64,000 nt of DNA, taken from NCBI GenBank assembly GCA_002269645.1, contig NIVC01001216.1, positions 124,001 through 188,000 on the forward strand, written 5' to 3'. The position numbers were made by a program, and so were the translations under genes. Below are positions 1 through 13,492 of the stretch, in pieces; within the stretch, counting starts at the first letter, position 1, and each line of letters begins with the position of its first letter. The notes below the pieces were generated by a model. It was given only the letters and a program-made list of their open reading frames with translations, made no database searches and had not been told where the DNA came from. Origin of the DNA: Macrostomum lignano. Taxonomy: Eukaryota.

Positions 1-1031
1 AGAACAGTAGGGATCTGCAATTCGTCCGCTAGACAGAAAACAGTCTACGAGCTCCAGTGTGCAGGTATTAAAGTATTTTAATGACTGGTCGAAAAAAGGG
101 TTTCCAACACGTAATTTTGGCATCATTGATTGGAAAAGCAAAAATATGATTCAGGCTGTTACTTGAGTTTTGCATGCCAAAAGCACTATTATGATGTTGC
201 CAATCCCGAATGCAATAATATGTTCGATTCTACAAGAGGTTCGTCAGCTTTCGCCTAACAGACAGCATGCAGTCATTAGGCAACAGTATTTAAGACTCCA
301 ATTCTGCTCACTAGCTATGTTGCTATCTTGATTCGTGCCCACTCTCGTGCAAGACCCAGCTACGATGACAAACGTACCAAATACTGCTCGAGACTCGTGC
401 GACCCTTCTGCACCCGACGATCGAATGGCCTCGCCACTGTCCAAGCAACTCTAATTTCTCCAGTGTTCTACTTCACCCTATTCTTCACCCTCAAAATGTT
501 CATATGGTCAGACAGAGACAATATATAAATGCATCTCAAGTTAAGGCTAAATCTTTTATTACACTCGAAGTAGGGTACTGCGTGTCACAATGGGGTGCCC
601 ATGCTTTAGAATTTATGACTCTCGCGTGCTTCTTCGGTACATGCTTAGTAGGTACGGCTGACTGATGAATTCTTTAATAATTCTTGTTGGTATCAAAAAT
701 AAAACTGGCACGAAAGAGGACTTTCGAGTCTTTTATAGAAATTGAAAAAAAGCTGAAAATTAATGCTTAATTACTTTCTCGTCGCGAAACCTGTAGGAAG
801 TCTTCTTCACTCTAACTCAAATTACGAGCGTACATGTAACGAAATTCATTCTAAAACAGTATCAACATTTCGCTCGAACGCAATCAACTGGCACTAAAGT
901 ATCGCTTGTGGGGTGTGACTGCACGAACTAGACCGTACGCTTATAGTTGCATTGTTTGTCTGTCCGTGCATCAGTGCCGTGCAGCAGTACTATCAATGAA
1001 TTCATTCAAGGACAATATAGAAACCAAGGAC

Positions 1032-1613
1032 TACTCAAGTCGAAGAACGGGAAACCTCGTTTCTTGGAAGATTTTAGGAGGCAGGTTTCATCGAAAAATA
1101 CACTACGGAGATAGGAAGTTTTCATTTTTTTAGCACAAAAATTGAATTATTGCTTCCCGATGGGAAGCCGACCCAGTGTTCATCTTTTGATATGCTGTGC
1201 CTTTCTTATCGCTCTATCGATATTCATAAAGCTTTTCGTTCAGAAAATTAGGATTCTATGTTAAACTTTTATTCTACGTACAATTGCACATTTACTGTTA
1301 CTAAAAACCATTAAAATGACACGGCTCGGCTCATTGGTTTTATGAATCTATTTTATCCTTCTTAGCTGACTTTGTAACTAATATGCGTAACAGGGATGAT
1401 AAAATAGATTCATGAAACCAATGAGACGAGCTGTGGCATGCATTTTTATGATTTTTTGGTACAGGGAATGTACGTAGAATGAGAAAGTTCTCAATGTTAC
1501 ATAGAACTGAAAAAATGGAAACTTCTGTCTTCGTAGTGTATTTCTTTCCAAAAAACCTGCCTCCCAAAATTTTCGAAGAAACGATCGACGTTTCCCGTCC
1601 TTCTACTTGAGTA
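1032..1613. mobile_element. Degenerate inverted-repeat element (MITE-like), ~100-bp arms
   Basis: 1032-1131 (tactcaagtcgaagaacgggaaac...gaagttttcatttttt) is an imperfect reverse complement of 1510-1613. The ORF track shows the same peptide (SWKILGGRF / SSKILGGRF) on opposite strands. No TSD identified. Confidence 0.6.
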
Positions 1614-2169
1614 TTCATTGAGAGAAACAAGGGTGTGGCTTAATGATCGAATATGACAATGCGAGCGTCAACACGCTAAAGTAGACATCAGCCGAAAAAC
1701 CTCTGACAATCTATCATTGTGTTCGATCGAAAGTGCCCCATCGAGCACTGCTCAAACTTAAGTATATATCGTGCAGATCAACTGGAAAAATCTTTCTGTA
1801 GAAAGTCTGAACGGAGTAACTGCATCTGAAGTTGACTTTGTAAGTGAACTGATCTAACTGTGTACAAATGTAGGGTAATTTTCATGGGTCAAAAGGTGCG
1901 GTCAATCGCTACGAACCTATAGAGAAAGCTGGGTACCTACGCAAAAAGCGAGCCTATTTTGATTGTTTGACGTGTGACAACCTTTAGAACAAAGTCCTTT
2001 CCACATTGCTCAACATTTTGGGCGAATGAATGGCAATAAAATCTCTCCGATATGCGAGTATTTTAACCGAATCAGAGTAGGTTTTTTGCAAATTGCTTCC
2101 AAATCCTCAGTGTGTTTATTTGTTTATTTGTTTATCTGTTTATTATTCCCTTTGACACTTATACGAGCC

Positions 2170-3423
2170 TAGGGGTGTTCGAGGTTCGGGGTTAGGTCGG
2201 GGTTCGGGGTCGGGATTAGGGGTCGGGGTTCGGGGTCCCGATGAATGTTCGGGATGGGGTTCGGAGTTCCCGATAAATGTTCGGGATCGGGGTTTGGGAC
2301 GGGATTTTGGAATGGGATTTCGGGGTTTTCGGGGTTTCGCAAATTTTCTGAATTCCCGTAGAACTACGAAAAATCCTTATGAATTAGAGTTAGCTTTTTT
2401 CGTTTTTAACGTGAGGTCATCTGGAGCCTTGAGCAGGAGCTTTCTGGGCAAGATGCCGCTGCTGCTGCCAGCAGCGCAAATACAATGGCCGCTACCGAGG
2501 AGATGCACGATAATGTCATTTCGGGTACTGAAGAGAGCTCTGGATGCAAGTTTTGCAGTTCTGCAGATTATCTGGAATTACCACTCAGGAGTGCAATGCG
2601 ACTGCGACTGCATCGAACTCCGGCGCCAGAGGAGACGCGAGGAAGAAGGAAGCGAGGCGCAGAGCAGCTGATCAGCTTTCTCTGTACAGGAGTCTGGCGC
2701 AGCAGAATTTTCAGGTAGCAGTCAGCGAATTCTGGAAACAGAACTCCGCTAATCTTCCAGAGCTGGCAGAGCTCGCCAAGCTTCACCTCACTGCCCCAGC
2801 ATCATCTGTCCCATCAGAGTGCGCCTTCAGTGCTGCCGGTTTTCTAAAGCGCAAGGAACGCTGCATCCTTTCCAGCTCATCGCTCAGCAAGTTAATGTTC
2901 TTGCGAGACAAATTCGATTAGCTGTATGCCATATTCGTTGAGCCAGAGACTGTAAAGCGACTCGCGTTCTATTCTATCATCACTTGGTAGTCTGATCATT
3001 TAGATTAGATGACATGAGAATTCAGACTATTTTAGTGTTTACTAGCGTCAACGTGCATCAATGGCAATGCCACCAAAGACTAAGTAAACGAGATTAAGAA
3101 AAAGAGAGATTGATTCTTGATTGATAAGATGCTTCCATCTCTGCAGAGAAAGAGGCACATGATGTTTCACACATCAAACACATCAAAAGAAATGCAACCT
3201 GCCTAAAATTAATTTCACATTAACTTTAAGTTGAACTGAAACAGGCTAATAGTCGTAAGTAGCCGTCAATACCACTTTTTATTTCATGCTATTGCTTACT
3301 TCGGGGTTATCGGGGTTCGGGGTCGGGATTAGGGTTCGGGACGGGATTCGGGATTCCCGAAAGATGTTCGGGATCGGGGTTAACCCCGAAACCCCGAAAA
3401 AAATGCCATCCCGAACACCCCTA
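2170..3423 (+). mobile_element. Non-autonomous hAT DNA transposon (internal deletion derivative)
   Basis: TIRs TAGGGGTGTTCG (2170) / CGAACACCCCTA (to 3423), perfect 8-bp TSD TACGAGCC (2162-2169 and 3424-3431), subterminal TTCGGG(G) arrays at both ends, internal hAT dimerisation-domain remnant. Confidence 0.93.
2544..2921 (+). pseudogene. hAT transposase C-terminal dimerisation domain fragment
   Basis: EFWKQNSANLPELAELAKLHLTAPASSVPSECAFSAAG...LSKLMFL matches the hATC pattern (W..., P.L..LA...L..PASS..SER.FS.AG). Confidence 0.85.
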
Positions 3424-3825
3424 TACGAGCCTCGGGCTCTCGACACTAATGGATTGCACCGTATTTTTTTTAACTTTTGTCTGACTTCATACAGAGGGAA
3501 AGAGTTGAGAATTTATAGAGCGGGTAATGTAAGAATTGGGGAATTTGAAGAAATCTCGCAGTCGTCGTAAAATGCAGCGACGCCCTAACCAAGGTGCATG
3601 ATCGGGAAAATTACCAGTTTTTGAGATGCCGAAAACAAGGAGTCAAGCAATCGAGCATTTTTGCTTCAACCAGTACCCAGAACCAAGATTTGGTCACAGA
3701 GAACATTTAAGTTCACAGAATACTAGTGACAAGAACATTTTACTTTTGCAGAGTTGCACGTTTAACCGATGTAATTCGAAAAACTAGTAAAGTAGAAAAA
3801 CTAGTACTTTTCTAGTAACTAGAAA

Positions 3826-4343
<518 letters not shown>

Positions 4344-4352
<9 letters not shown>

Positions 4353-5274
4353 TACCTCTATACGCAGCACAGTCTGCTCCAACGGTCTGTCCTTGGTCTC
4401 AATGGGCAGCAGAGCGGCACTGACGGCGCCCAGCGCCAGAACGCCCGAGAAGATGAACAGCCCGCCCACAAGTGACACGCGAACGACGAACCACTGCGCC
4501 ACGAACGGCATCACAATCGACGCGATTCGACTGAAGGCGGACAGAAATGCGACGGCAGTCGATCGGAGCGAAGTCGGATAGGCCTCCAGAACGTACAGCC
4601 AGATCACACTGTATCCGCTAGCCACGAAAAAGCGAGTGATGAAGAACAAAATTATTCTGACGGCGCTGTGCACGCAGAAGCCCAGAACGGGCACCAGGAC
4701 TGAGGCAACACCGAGGGCGATCGCCATGATGAGCCGGCGACCCCGTGAGGATCGCCGTGAGGAGTCGATTCCAGTAGTAGCCAGGCCAGACCGATTTCTA
4801 AGAAGCCGCCGACGCACCAGAGTGCCTGAGAATTGTCACAAGGATTGCCTGTGCACTAGCGCCCAAAAACGGGAAAATTTCTCACGCTGGATGTTGAGGA
4901 AGTGAGCAGTTGCTTCTGTTTTCATGACTGCCTACTACAAGATTCGTTAACTGGAGAGTCTACTGAATGAAATATTGAATCAGCTGAAATGGTGCAGTAA
5001 GTCGGTGGGGTGACGCCACATTAGCTCTCTCGCACTTACCTAAACCACGTACACAAACCACGCTGCACGTCGACTATCCGTGGTCAAGAACTCGCCCAGC
5101 GGCTATCAACGCCTGCAGGCCTCCAACGCCAACGCCGACCAGGAATCGAAGCGTGACTATACCCAGATCACGTTGGGAGCCAGAGCCGACAGGCAACCGT
5201 AGAAAACTACGAAGCCCATGCAGACGCTGCCGACCGAGCGACGACAGAATTTGTCTCCCAGCGGACCCCAAAGG
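4344..5274 (-). pseudogene. SVOP/SV2-like MFS transporter pseudogene (paralog A)
   Basis: Exon-2 remnant ~5274-5036 (LWGPLGDKFCRRSV...) has a frameshift at ~5160 giving TAG and a second near 5100. The exon-3 start (4825, ALWCVGGFLEIGLAWLL) is fused out of frame to exon 5 (GRRLIMAIA...ETKDRPLEQ). Exon 4, exon 1 and the 5' half of exon 2 are absent. Confidence 0.88.
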
Positions 5275-5471
5275 AGCTGCTGAAGCTCACTGGAGGCTTG
5301 ACCCCGCAGATTCCGCAAAGCAAGCCCACCAACAATTCTGCGAGTCCTAAGGCTATATGGTTATATGGTCACAAATTATCCTGGCAGCCTTCTGCTCGAT
5401 TAAATAAGATGGGACCCAATGGCAGATCCCCATACAACGGAACAATACTTCAGTAGTGGACTAATTTATAT

Positions 5472-5744
5472 TCATATATGATAATCAGTAGCTGAAGGAA
5501 TAGGGTGTTTTGCTCTAGCAAGATAGTCGAGCATAGAAGCTGTTTTTCTACTTTGGGTTATAAGGTGCTCAGACAGTGCAAGTCCCTTTTCAATTATGAC
5601 ACCAAGTAATTTAAATTTAATCGAAATAATGAGGTCTGAAAATGCAAAAGATACAGGTGGACAATCAGAGGGATCTCTATTGCTACTAACGATTATTTGC
5701 TCACATTTACTAGGATTAAACTTGACATTCCAGTCCAAACCCAA
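5472..5744 (-). mobile_element. Non-LTR retrotransposon (LINE) reverse-transcriptase C-terminal fragment
   Basis: WNVKFNPSKCEQI...KLLGVII resembles the late RT motifs (W...FN..KC, K.LGV.I) of CR1/Jockey-type LINEs. Confidence 0.65.
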
Positions 5745-5979
5745 TTTATGGTTTTTTAAAGATCTATGTTCAACTGGGATGAAACATCAATTTCTAACTA
5801 TTTTGTAAGACACGCAGCGCAGCGCATGTTTTCGCAGCGCGGAAACCCTGGGGTTACGACCATAGACTGTAGCTTCAGCTGCTCTCAAGCGTTATTAGTC
5901 TCAAAAGCAAACGAGCAAGCATTTTAATTGCACCCGCTCAAACTCGATGTCTATGGCCAAAAAGTAGAGTACCGGCAGC

Positions 5980-6168
5980 AAGGATTTCTATAATTAGCAA
6001 CCTGGAGTGGAATCGAGTTTTTCACTTTTACCTCATGAGGCCAGACTAGCATAGACAGAGTCAGACAGAGCCATAGACATTCAGTGCTGGCTCCTTATCT
6101 TAAAAATTTGCGTGGCCTCATGATGTATAACTCGTTTCCACTCCAGATTGCTAATTTTAGAACTCCTT
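5980..6168. mobile_element. Small hairpin / MITE-like inverted repeat
   Basis: aaggatttctataattagcaacctggagtggaatcgagtt (5980-6020) pairs with aactcgtttccactccagattgctaattttagaactcctt (6129-6168); inner pair catgaggcca/tggcctcatg. Confidence 0.6.
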
Positions 6169-9154
6169 GACAAAAACTGGCTTCACTTTAGACCCCTATA
6201 TTGAAATTCTATGTACGTATAATCGATATTCTTTGGTAATATCCTAGAGCCAAATTCGGTTGTCTATGATAGAAAACCGAGAAGAAAGAAGAGAAGAGAA
6301 GAGAGGAAAGCGAGAATTCTGCTCAGCTCCAACACCCAGCCTATCCCTAACATAGAGACCACAAAGTTCTACATTTTCACCCGGAATTTTCTTGCATTGA
6401 TCAAGTTAATAGGTGGTTGTCTGGAATTGAGATTTCAGACGACATCATTGTCCAAATTATCAGCTAGGGGTTAGAAATCAAAGTGGGTGGGGGACGGAAA
6501 TGGGGGTGTGGGGGCGAAGCCCCCACATCTTAATATCTGCCACGTCTAATGGTAAAGCCAAGGGTTAGAAAAAAATCAGTTAGTTCAGTTCCAGACAATG
6601 GCAGAACACACGAAATCATAGAGAATGATATTTCTATGGTCAAGATGACGGAGTTTTAAAGAGTCGCTGTTCATCGGGCGAGTATCCGGAACCGGAACGT
6701 AAAAAATTCCGGAACCCTCGCTACGATGTCTTCTAGCGGACATAATTTCAGTCCGTTTCAATTGTAACTTGATTCAAATGAAAGCTACGGATCTCAGCTC
6801 CATGATGTGGTCAAGAAAAAGTTTATTCGAAGGAGCGCGTGTGAACAGGCCAGTGTTATGTACATAAAGGTTAGAGAAAAAAGTGAGGAAAAGACGAAGA
6901 TTTAAAAGTATAATTACAATGACTGAGCGCTGAGTGAAAGTATAAATACAATGCACTTGCATAGTGTGCAACTTCGTTGAATAATGGCCATAGACACTCG
7001 TGCGCTACGCTCACTCGAGTTTTGGCCATTATTCAACTCAGTTGCATACTATACAATCTACCATTGCCTTGAAGTAAATTACCATAGACATTTTGAACAA
7101 TGTATGATTATCAAGAGGTCACGATTCACACACAACTGCCATAGCGTCGAGGCCGGTAGGCCGGTAAGGCAGTTGTGTGTGAGGTGTGAACTCTCGATAG
7201 TGGAATTGTGTCTATTTTCGTCCAAAAACCAATTCAAAACGGCTAGGACACAACTTCCCAGACGGGAATTGTTCACTGAGTGATTCTAGGGATTTGTGTC
7301 ATAGGCATTTTCCACTTGGCGTAAGCCAAATGATGGCCATAGACTAAACGTCTGGAACGAAAAGTTAAGCGGAACAGTCTGAAATTACCATAGACGAAAC
7401 ATGTTAAATGAAGTTGTGGTCTTATAAGCTGGAACTCTGCAGCAGAGGATACATGTTCCTGTTTCCTCCGTTTGCCCTAACCTCTATTCATGCCACTCAT
7501 ACGAATGATAAATTGGTCGAATTTGCCGATTGAAAGCATTGACGGCTTGAATGGAAATGAGGTCAACTTTCTCAGCGACTTGAGTATGGGTGGACGTGAC
7601 GAGGCGGATGACGAAGAGTTGATGGAGTTGATCCGATTCATTGAATGCGGTAACCATGATGCTCTGCCACCACTGCCAAGCGAAGAAGAGGCTTGCCCCG
7701 AGGATCCCATGCGGAACAAACCATGCAATTCGGCCGATGTGAGTGTAGTTATTGTCGATTCTAGCTCTACTCCTCGATTATTGCGGAACAATTGGTCCAC
7801 GTTTCATTATACCCACGTTACGGCCGTTTTCGTACATGTATACAATCTGTTTATTCAGCTTTGTTGTATTGAATAAAAAATATCCTCGCAAATGCATTGA
7901 TACAGGAATATACAGATTGCTTATCTGCAAATGGGTATATCCAAATATAACCCGTTGGGAATATCCAAAGATGGGGGGCAGCTTGACCATAGACTATTCG
8001 CAGATAAGCAATCTGTTGTATTCCTGTTTCGATGCCTGAAAGGCGCGCAAAAATTTACTTAGTTCACAATTTCCGTCGACGCAATCGTTTGTGGCCCAAA
8101 CGAAACTAGACACAATGACAATCAAGTTATCATAGAACTTTGCTAGTAGTCAATATAAAATTTTTCGGGCGCCATCCGGGGTCGATTCTGACACCCTCGC
8201 CAAGTTCGCAAGTACTAATAAGGCCCAGTAGCGGAGAGCAGTGCAATAAGCGCGCCCTCAATATTCGATGTTGACTACTGCCAAGTTCCATAATAATGTT
8301 AAATTAAATCGCAAGAAAGAAAGGAAAGGCGAAAAATGTCTTATACGATATAAATAAAGTATCACACCATCATGGATTCATTTACTTGGCCTCAAGAGTA
8401 CCTCGGGGCTGCATTTTATGGTTCTAACTTTTGATTGAACAGACCATAGTGCTTACGCTAGTTTCGAGAAAGACAAAAAAAACAAAAAAAAACAATGCAT
8501 TATGCAAACACCCTAAAGGTATAAGGGAGCAAGCAATACGTGGAATCACTTCAAGAAAATCAGAGCATTTAAAACGCAGAAAATCTTATAATTTAAACTG
8601 CACACAACTTGTTAGGCGTCTAAAAAGTTATTAAGTTCTGCACAAAAGGCGCTTTATAAGTAAACCGCAGAAAACCATTTATATGAATATATAAAAAGTT
8701 CTTCAACTATTATTACCGTTCGATAAATCAATTAAATTTCGAGTTTGTACCGGTATTTCATTTCTAAAATAAGCTTAGTCTTCAAATAGCAATGGTGAAT
8801 CAGCAAACAGAGATTGAGACCGGAAGTTAATTCGTGCATCAACTACGTAAGCTAACGAAATAGAACCAGAAGGTCAGAGACTGCCAAGAAAACGATTGCA
8901 TTAATAGCACACTTCCCTGTTGTATGTATTAAGCTTGGAAATGAATATTAACTTGTCTAATGCAACAAACTAACAAAAAACTTCGAAACTAAAAAATGTT
9001 AAAATTTTGCGAGCAGTGGAGAATTCACGTTAATTCACGTTATTCTTAAAATGCAAAAAAGAACCTTTCAAATACGCAATGTTTATAGCTACAGAAATAC
9101 AGTTTAAAAATAGTTCTGGCGCTAGCTGATGTCATTTAAGAGATATCGAAGCGA

Positions 9155-12140
9155 TCAATCAATCTTCATGGACGTTTCCACAGTTCCATAGTCCGGGTGG
9201 AAGGATGTTGTCTCGGGAACCTTTGTCTTTACCGGCTTTTTTTCATCGGAGTAGTCCACAGCAACCTATAAAAAAGCAATGGCCATTACAGCGTATTCTG
9301 TTTCAGACATAACAGAAGTGATTTTCATTTACCTTATCACGAGCAGCCATCTGCTCCAGTGGTCTATTTTTTGTCTCGAAAGGCAGCAGAGCGGCACTGA
9401 CAGCTGCCAGCGCCAGAACGCCCGAGAAGATGAACAGCCCGCCAAAAAGCGACACGCGAACGAGAAACATCTGAGCCACAAATGGCATTATAATAGATGC
9501 TATTCGACTGAACGACGAGAGAAAGGCCAGGGCAGTTGATCGGAGCGAAGTCGGATAGGCCTCCAAAACGTACAACCAGATTACAGTAGCGCAAGTGCAT
9601 ATAAAGAAGCGAATGATGAAGAACAAGGCGATTCTAGCGGCGCTGTGCATGCAGAAGCCCAGCAGAGGAACAAGGATGGAAGAGACACCGAAGGAAATTG
9701 ACATGGTCCAGCGACGTCCGAGGAAGCGTTCGACAACCAAAGCGTTAAAGAGAGCTGTAGCAAGATCCGCCAGAGTCGGGATCTGCGGATGGAGCGTTGA
9801 AAGCTATTCTTTGAAGTTATACTAAAAGACTGATAATAATAAAAACAATATTTGATTACACCTGCCTGAATGGGCAGTTGTGCAACCGACAGCTCAGCCG
9901 CAGCTATTGCGTGGCGCATCTGAAGGCTGCGTACGGCTGTTCAGTCCAAGGAGTGGAGGGTCGCTACACACATTCTCAATTACCCCAGCTAATGCTGGCA
10001 CCCATTTTACAGCTTGGTGAACTGAAGCAATGCAGAGTTACAGCCAAGAGACTGGGAACATTAAGTGCCTAATGTTTCTCAATACAATAGCTTGATGTTT
10101 TGTCTTTCTTAAATTCCAACAAGCTTGTAGCTGTAATCGACGTGATTCAAATCAAATTCTGATAGAGGCAGCTCAATAGATGTCGCATGCAACAAAGCAA
10201 ATGGCAATACGAGATGGCTAAACATACCAGAAGTTCAATGTAGTTGATAGATTTGCATCCATAGCAACTGACTGCGGGTTCTGCTGATCGAAATGCTGCG
10301 GTTTGGTTGCTCGCTCCATGGCAGCGCTCCTGAAGAAGAAGCGGCAGCTCGACGTTCAGCAGAATGAGACCATAGTAGCCGAAACCCACAGCAAATGCGA
10401 CTACAGCAAGCTGCAGACTCAGTCGCAGAAACGTCGCTGGTCGGAGTAGATCGGCGATGCTGCCACCGCTTCCGTTCGTTTGCAGATCTGCGGCAGAGAA
10501 GTCGCCATGGTAACGAGGCTGGGAATTCGTGTCGGCCATTTTGTTCAGCGCTCGACGAGTGTCTTCAATGCGACCCTGTCGAGATTTGAGAACATTTTAC
10601 AGTATAAAGATACCCTGTACGGACGCTTTTTCAGTCAAATACACTGTTTATACTAATACGGCATTTATGTTTCCTTTCAATTTTTGAATTGACGGCAATA
10701 GAGTCTTTTAACTACAAAAGCTGCATTTTTCACCTGTAGCAGACTCTGCCTCGGAGACACGGGCAGCCATATCATCCAGAACAGGCTCAGAAAGAGTACA
10801 GGTACTGCCGAAATTGTTGCCAGGTATCTCCAGCCGTGAGTCATCTCCAACAGAAGCCATGCCAACCCAATTTCAACAAAGCCACCTACGCACCAGAATG
10901 CCTGCCAAGGATTACGCAAACAGATTACAGCGGAATTGCTTCAAATTTTTTTAAGTTGAGCAAATTCTGAGTCACCTTAAACATAAACCAAGCTGTGCCT
11001 CTACAATTTGTCGTCATGAACTCGCTGAGAACTGCTGCAGTCAGTGGAAGAGTGCCGCCAATAGCAGTACCAACCAGGAACCGAAGCAGTACCACCCATA
11101 TAATGTTTGGGGCCAGTGACGTAAGGCTTCCGAACACGAAAACGTAGCCCATGCAGACAGCGTCGACGGAGCGTCGGCAATGTCTGTCGCCGAGCGGACC
11201 CCAAATGTAGGCGCCAACAAACATGCCCAGGAATGTTGCCGATGCGACGCAGGATTTCCAGAAATCGCCGATGTGCCAGACGCACTGCAGCTTCTGGCCC
11301 AGCATGCTGACGTACTGGACCTGCATCTTGTCGCTGGCTTGCACCAGGCCGCATAGAATGATTGCGATTACCTGCGAATTTAAAGTTAGTTTATCTCTAA
11401 AATACTTTTTTCTGAAGCACCATTACAAGTATTTATGGCCAATTATTTTCTTAGTTATCGTGAACAGGGTTCAACTTCGTACTTGTACTTTTAGCTCACA
11501 CTTCTGTGTATTATAGTACAATTTTTTTACCTCAAATGGGATGAGCAAATTCTGAACTGACCTCAGGAACAGCACTTGTCAAGTTAAAAAAAATTGTCTG
11601 TACAAGTTAAGGGACTTATTAAGACTTATTTTTTCTTTTTATATTGAACTATCTAACGTGCCTACTGCTAATATCTACAAAGTAACATTAACAAGGACTG
11701 TTAATAATAGTGATGCACTACATTTTCTGAAGTTTAAGTAGCTCAGATACAGTATGGAAATATCATATTTAGAAAAGTCAGGTGGCAGTAAACAGTTCCT
11801 TCTCACACTCAACTTGTAAACACTCGATAATAGGGACATTTCTTAGCATTTGATGTTGAATCATTTTCACCTTGAAACGAAGATGCAAAAAATACCTTGA
11901 CGACATCATCTTTTCGATTTGCAACAAACTTGACAAACTATATCGCTTGTTTTACCTTGCCGTTTATCAATATTGGTCGCGCTGCCAGACCATCTCAAAC
12001 AAGGGCGCTTCTAAACGTATTTGTTTAAATAAGTGTAGTAAATGCGACAGAAAACTGACCTGAAAGCGACCAAATCCGATGTCGTCTATGACGGAGTTAA
12101 TCTCCTTTTGTTTCGTCCCTGTTGAACTGCTGGCTTTCAT
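9155..12140 (-). CDS. SVOP/SV2-related MFS transporter (paralog B), 6 exons, ~517 aa
   Basis: Exons 12140-12060, 11371-10976, 10901-10734, 10575-10228, 9782-9333, 9265-9155. All introns GT-AG, phase 0, open frame. Motifs IDDIGFGRFQ, WGPLGDRHCRR, LRFLVG, EAYPTSLRSTA, ETKNRPL are typical of the SVOP/SLC22-like family. Confidence 0.9.
9836..10065 (-). mobile_element. SINE family A, 5'-truncated copy in intron 4 of paralog B
   Basis: Reverse complement of the 3' two-thirds of the 28984-29300 element; both give the same ORF-track peptide MLAPILQLGELKQCRV. Confidence 0.85.
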
Positions 12141-13120
12141 TGAAATCTCTTGACGCACAACTTGATGCAAAGCACAAAATGACTGAGTACATAATTTCTA
12201 CAACCTATTTGTTCTCCCACTGTTAGCAGCTTGTATTTAAACAGCTTCTTTTATCTTGCGGGTGGCGGTTTACTGTGCTCATTGGTTGGTTACAGGCACG
12301 CACAAAACGCCTGCAACTGCAAACGTGTCTAGCTTCTGTGCCTCGTTCTCCTACACACCGCTTCTACACGTGCAGACGGCCTCTCTAGCCCAGTCTGTTT
12401 CTGTTCCTATTGCTGAAACTGCACCAGCATTAGCACACGCGCAGCAGTAGTTAGCCCACCTCACTGTCACTTGCCTATCCAGAATCTTTCAATTAACCTA
12501 AGTAGTTTCTAGCAGCTCCTATTTAATAATCCTGTCTGGGCGACTGCTCAAAAGTGGCGGATCTTTGCAAACTGTTTTCGAAGATTTTTAAACGGCACAA
12601 AAGTACTTACAGTAGCAAGCATCTGTGGTTCCCTAAATTCATACGTAGTGTAACGATGTCATTGGAATATTTACTTCGATCTCCAATATTTGCTTTGGTT
12701 TATTTGCATAGTTGCTCGTAAATGCGACTCTTTTTCAGAATACATTTATCGATCGGTCTTATAGTACATTTTGTGCATGGTTCTTTTGTTTTAATTGACA
12801 TTGCTTATTATTTATTATTAATATTCTCTTGACATTATATATATACCAATTCAAATTGTAATACCTTTGAATTGACTTTTTGAAGATGTAAGTACCGAAA
12901 TTATTGTCAGCCAATAATAAAATACTCGCACCTCGACAGAAGATTATCCACTATTTCGGAAACTCCAGTCAAGTCTTTTCATTTAAATTCAGCATTGGCT
13001 ATTTATAGCCTATAGACGTGATCGATCGATCGCTAACACCACAACACACTTTCATTTGTTGCATAAGTAACGTTACACGTAGTTCTGAAATACTCCAAAT
13101 CCATTTTTCCATGGCTTCAC

Positions 13121-13492
13121 CTGTATAGCAAACCAAGAAGAGCCTCGCCAATTTGCTTCGATTATCGGTTGAGCGCCGCCGACGCCCATGCCGACCAGAA
13201 AGCGAAGCAGCACCACCCAGATCACATTGGGCGCCAGAGCCGTCAGACTGCCGTAAACGAAAACGTAGCCCACGCAGATCGCGGAAACGGAGCGCCGACA
13301 GAATTTATCGGCAAGCGGTCCCCATGTGTAGCCTCCTGCAAGCATTCCTAGAAAAGTAATCGAAGTTATTAACGATTTCCACAAGTCGCTAATTCCCCAA
13401 ACGCACTGCAGCTGTTGGCCGATCATGCTGACGTACTGGATCTGCATCTTGTCGCAAGCCATCACAGCGCCGCATAGGATGGTCACGGCTAT
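13121..13492 (-). pseudogene. Orphan SVOP-like exon 2 with intact splice sites
   Basis: cag|ATA...CAG|gtgaag, 372 nt open frame versus 396 nt in B, C and D (8-codon in-frame deletion removing the EFMT motif). No cognate exon 1 or exons 3-6 found nearby. Confidence 0.75.

Noticed and set aside
2170-2345. G-rich repeats as an interstitial telomere
   Set aside because: Mostly TTCGGG(G) rather than TTAGGG, and they lie within the hAT TIRs as subterminal repeats.
4393-4581. Plus-strand ORFs overlapping SVOP exons (also 9279, 9595, 16261, 16289, 16532)
   Set aside because: Antisense shadows of GC-rich coding exons; they recur only because the paralogs are similar.
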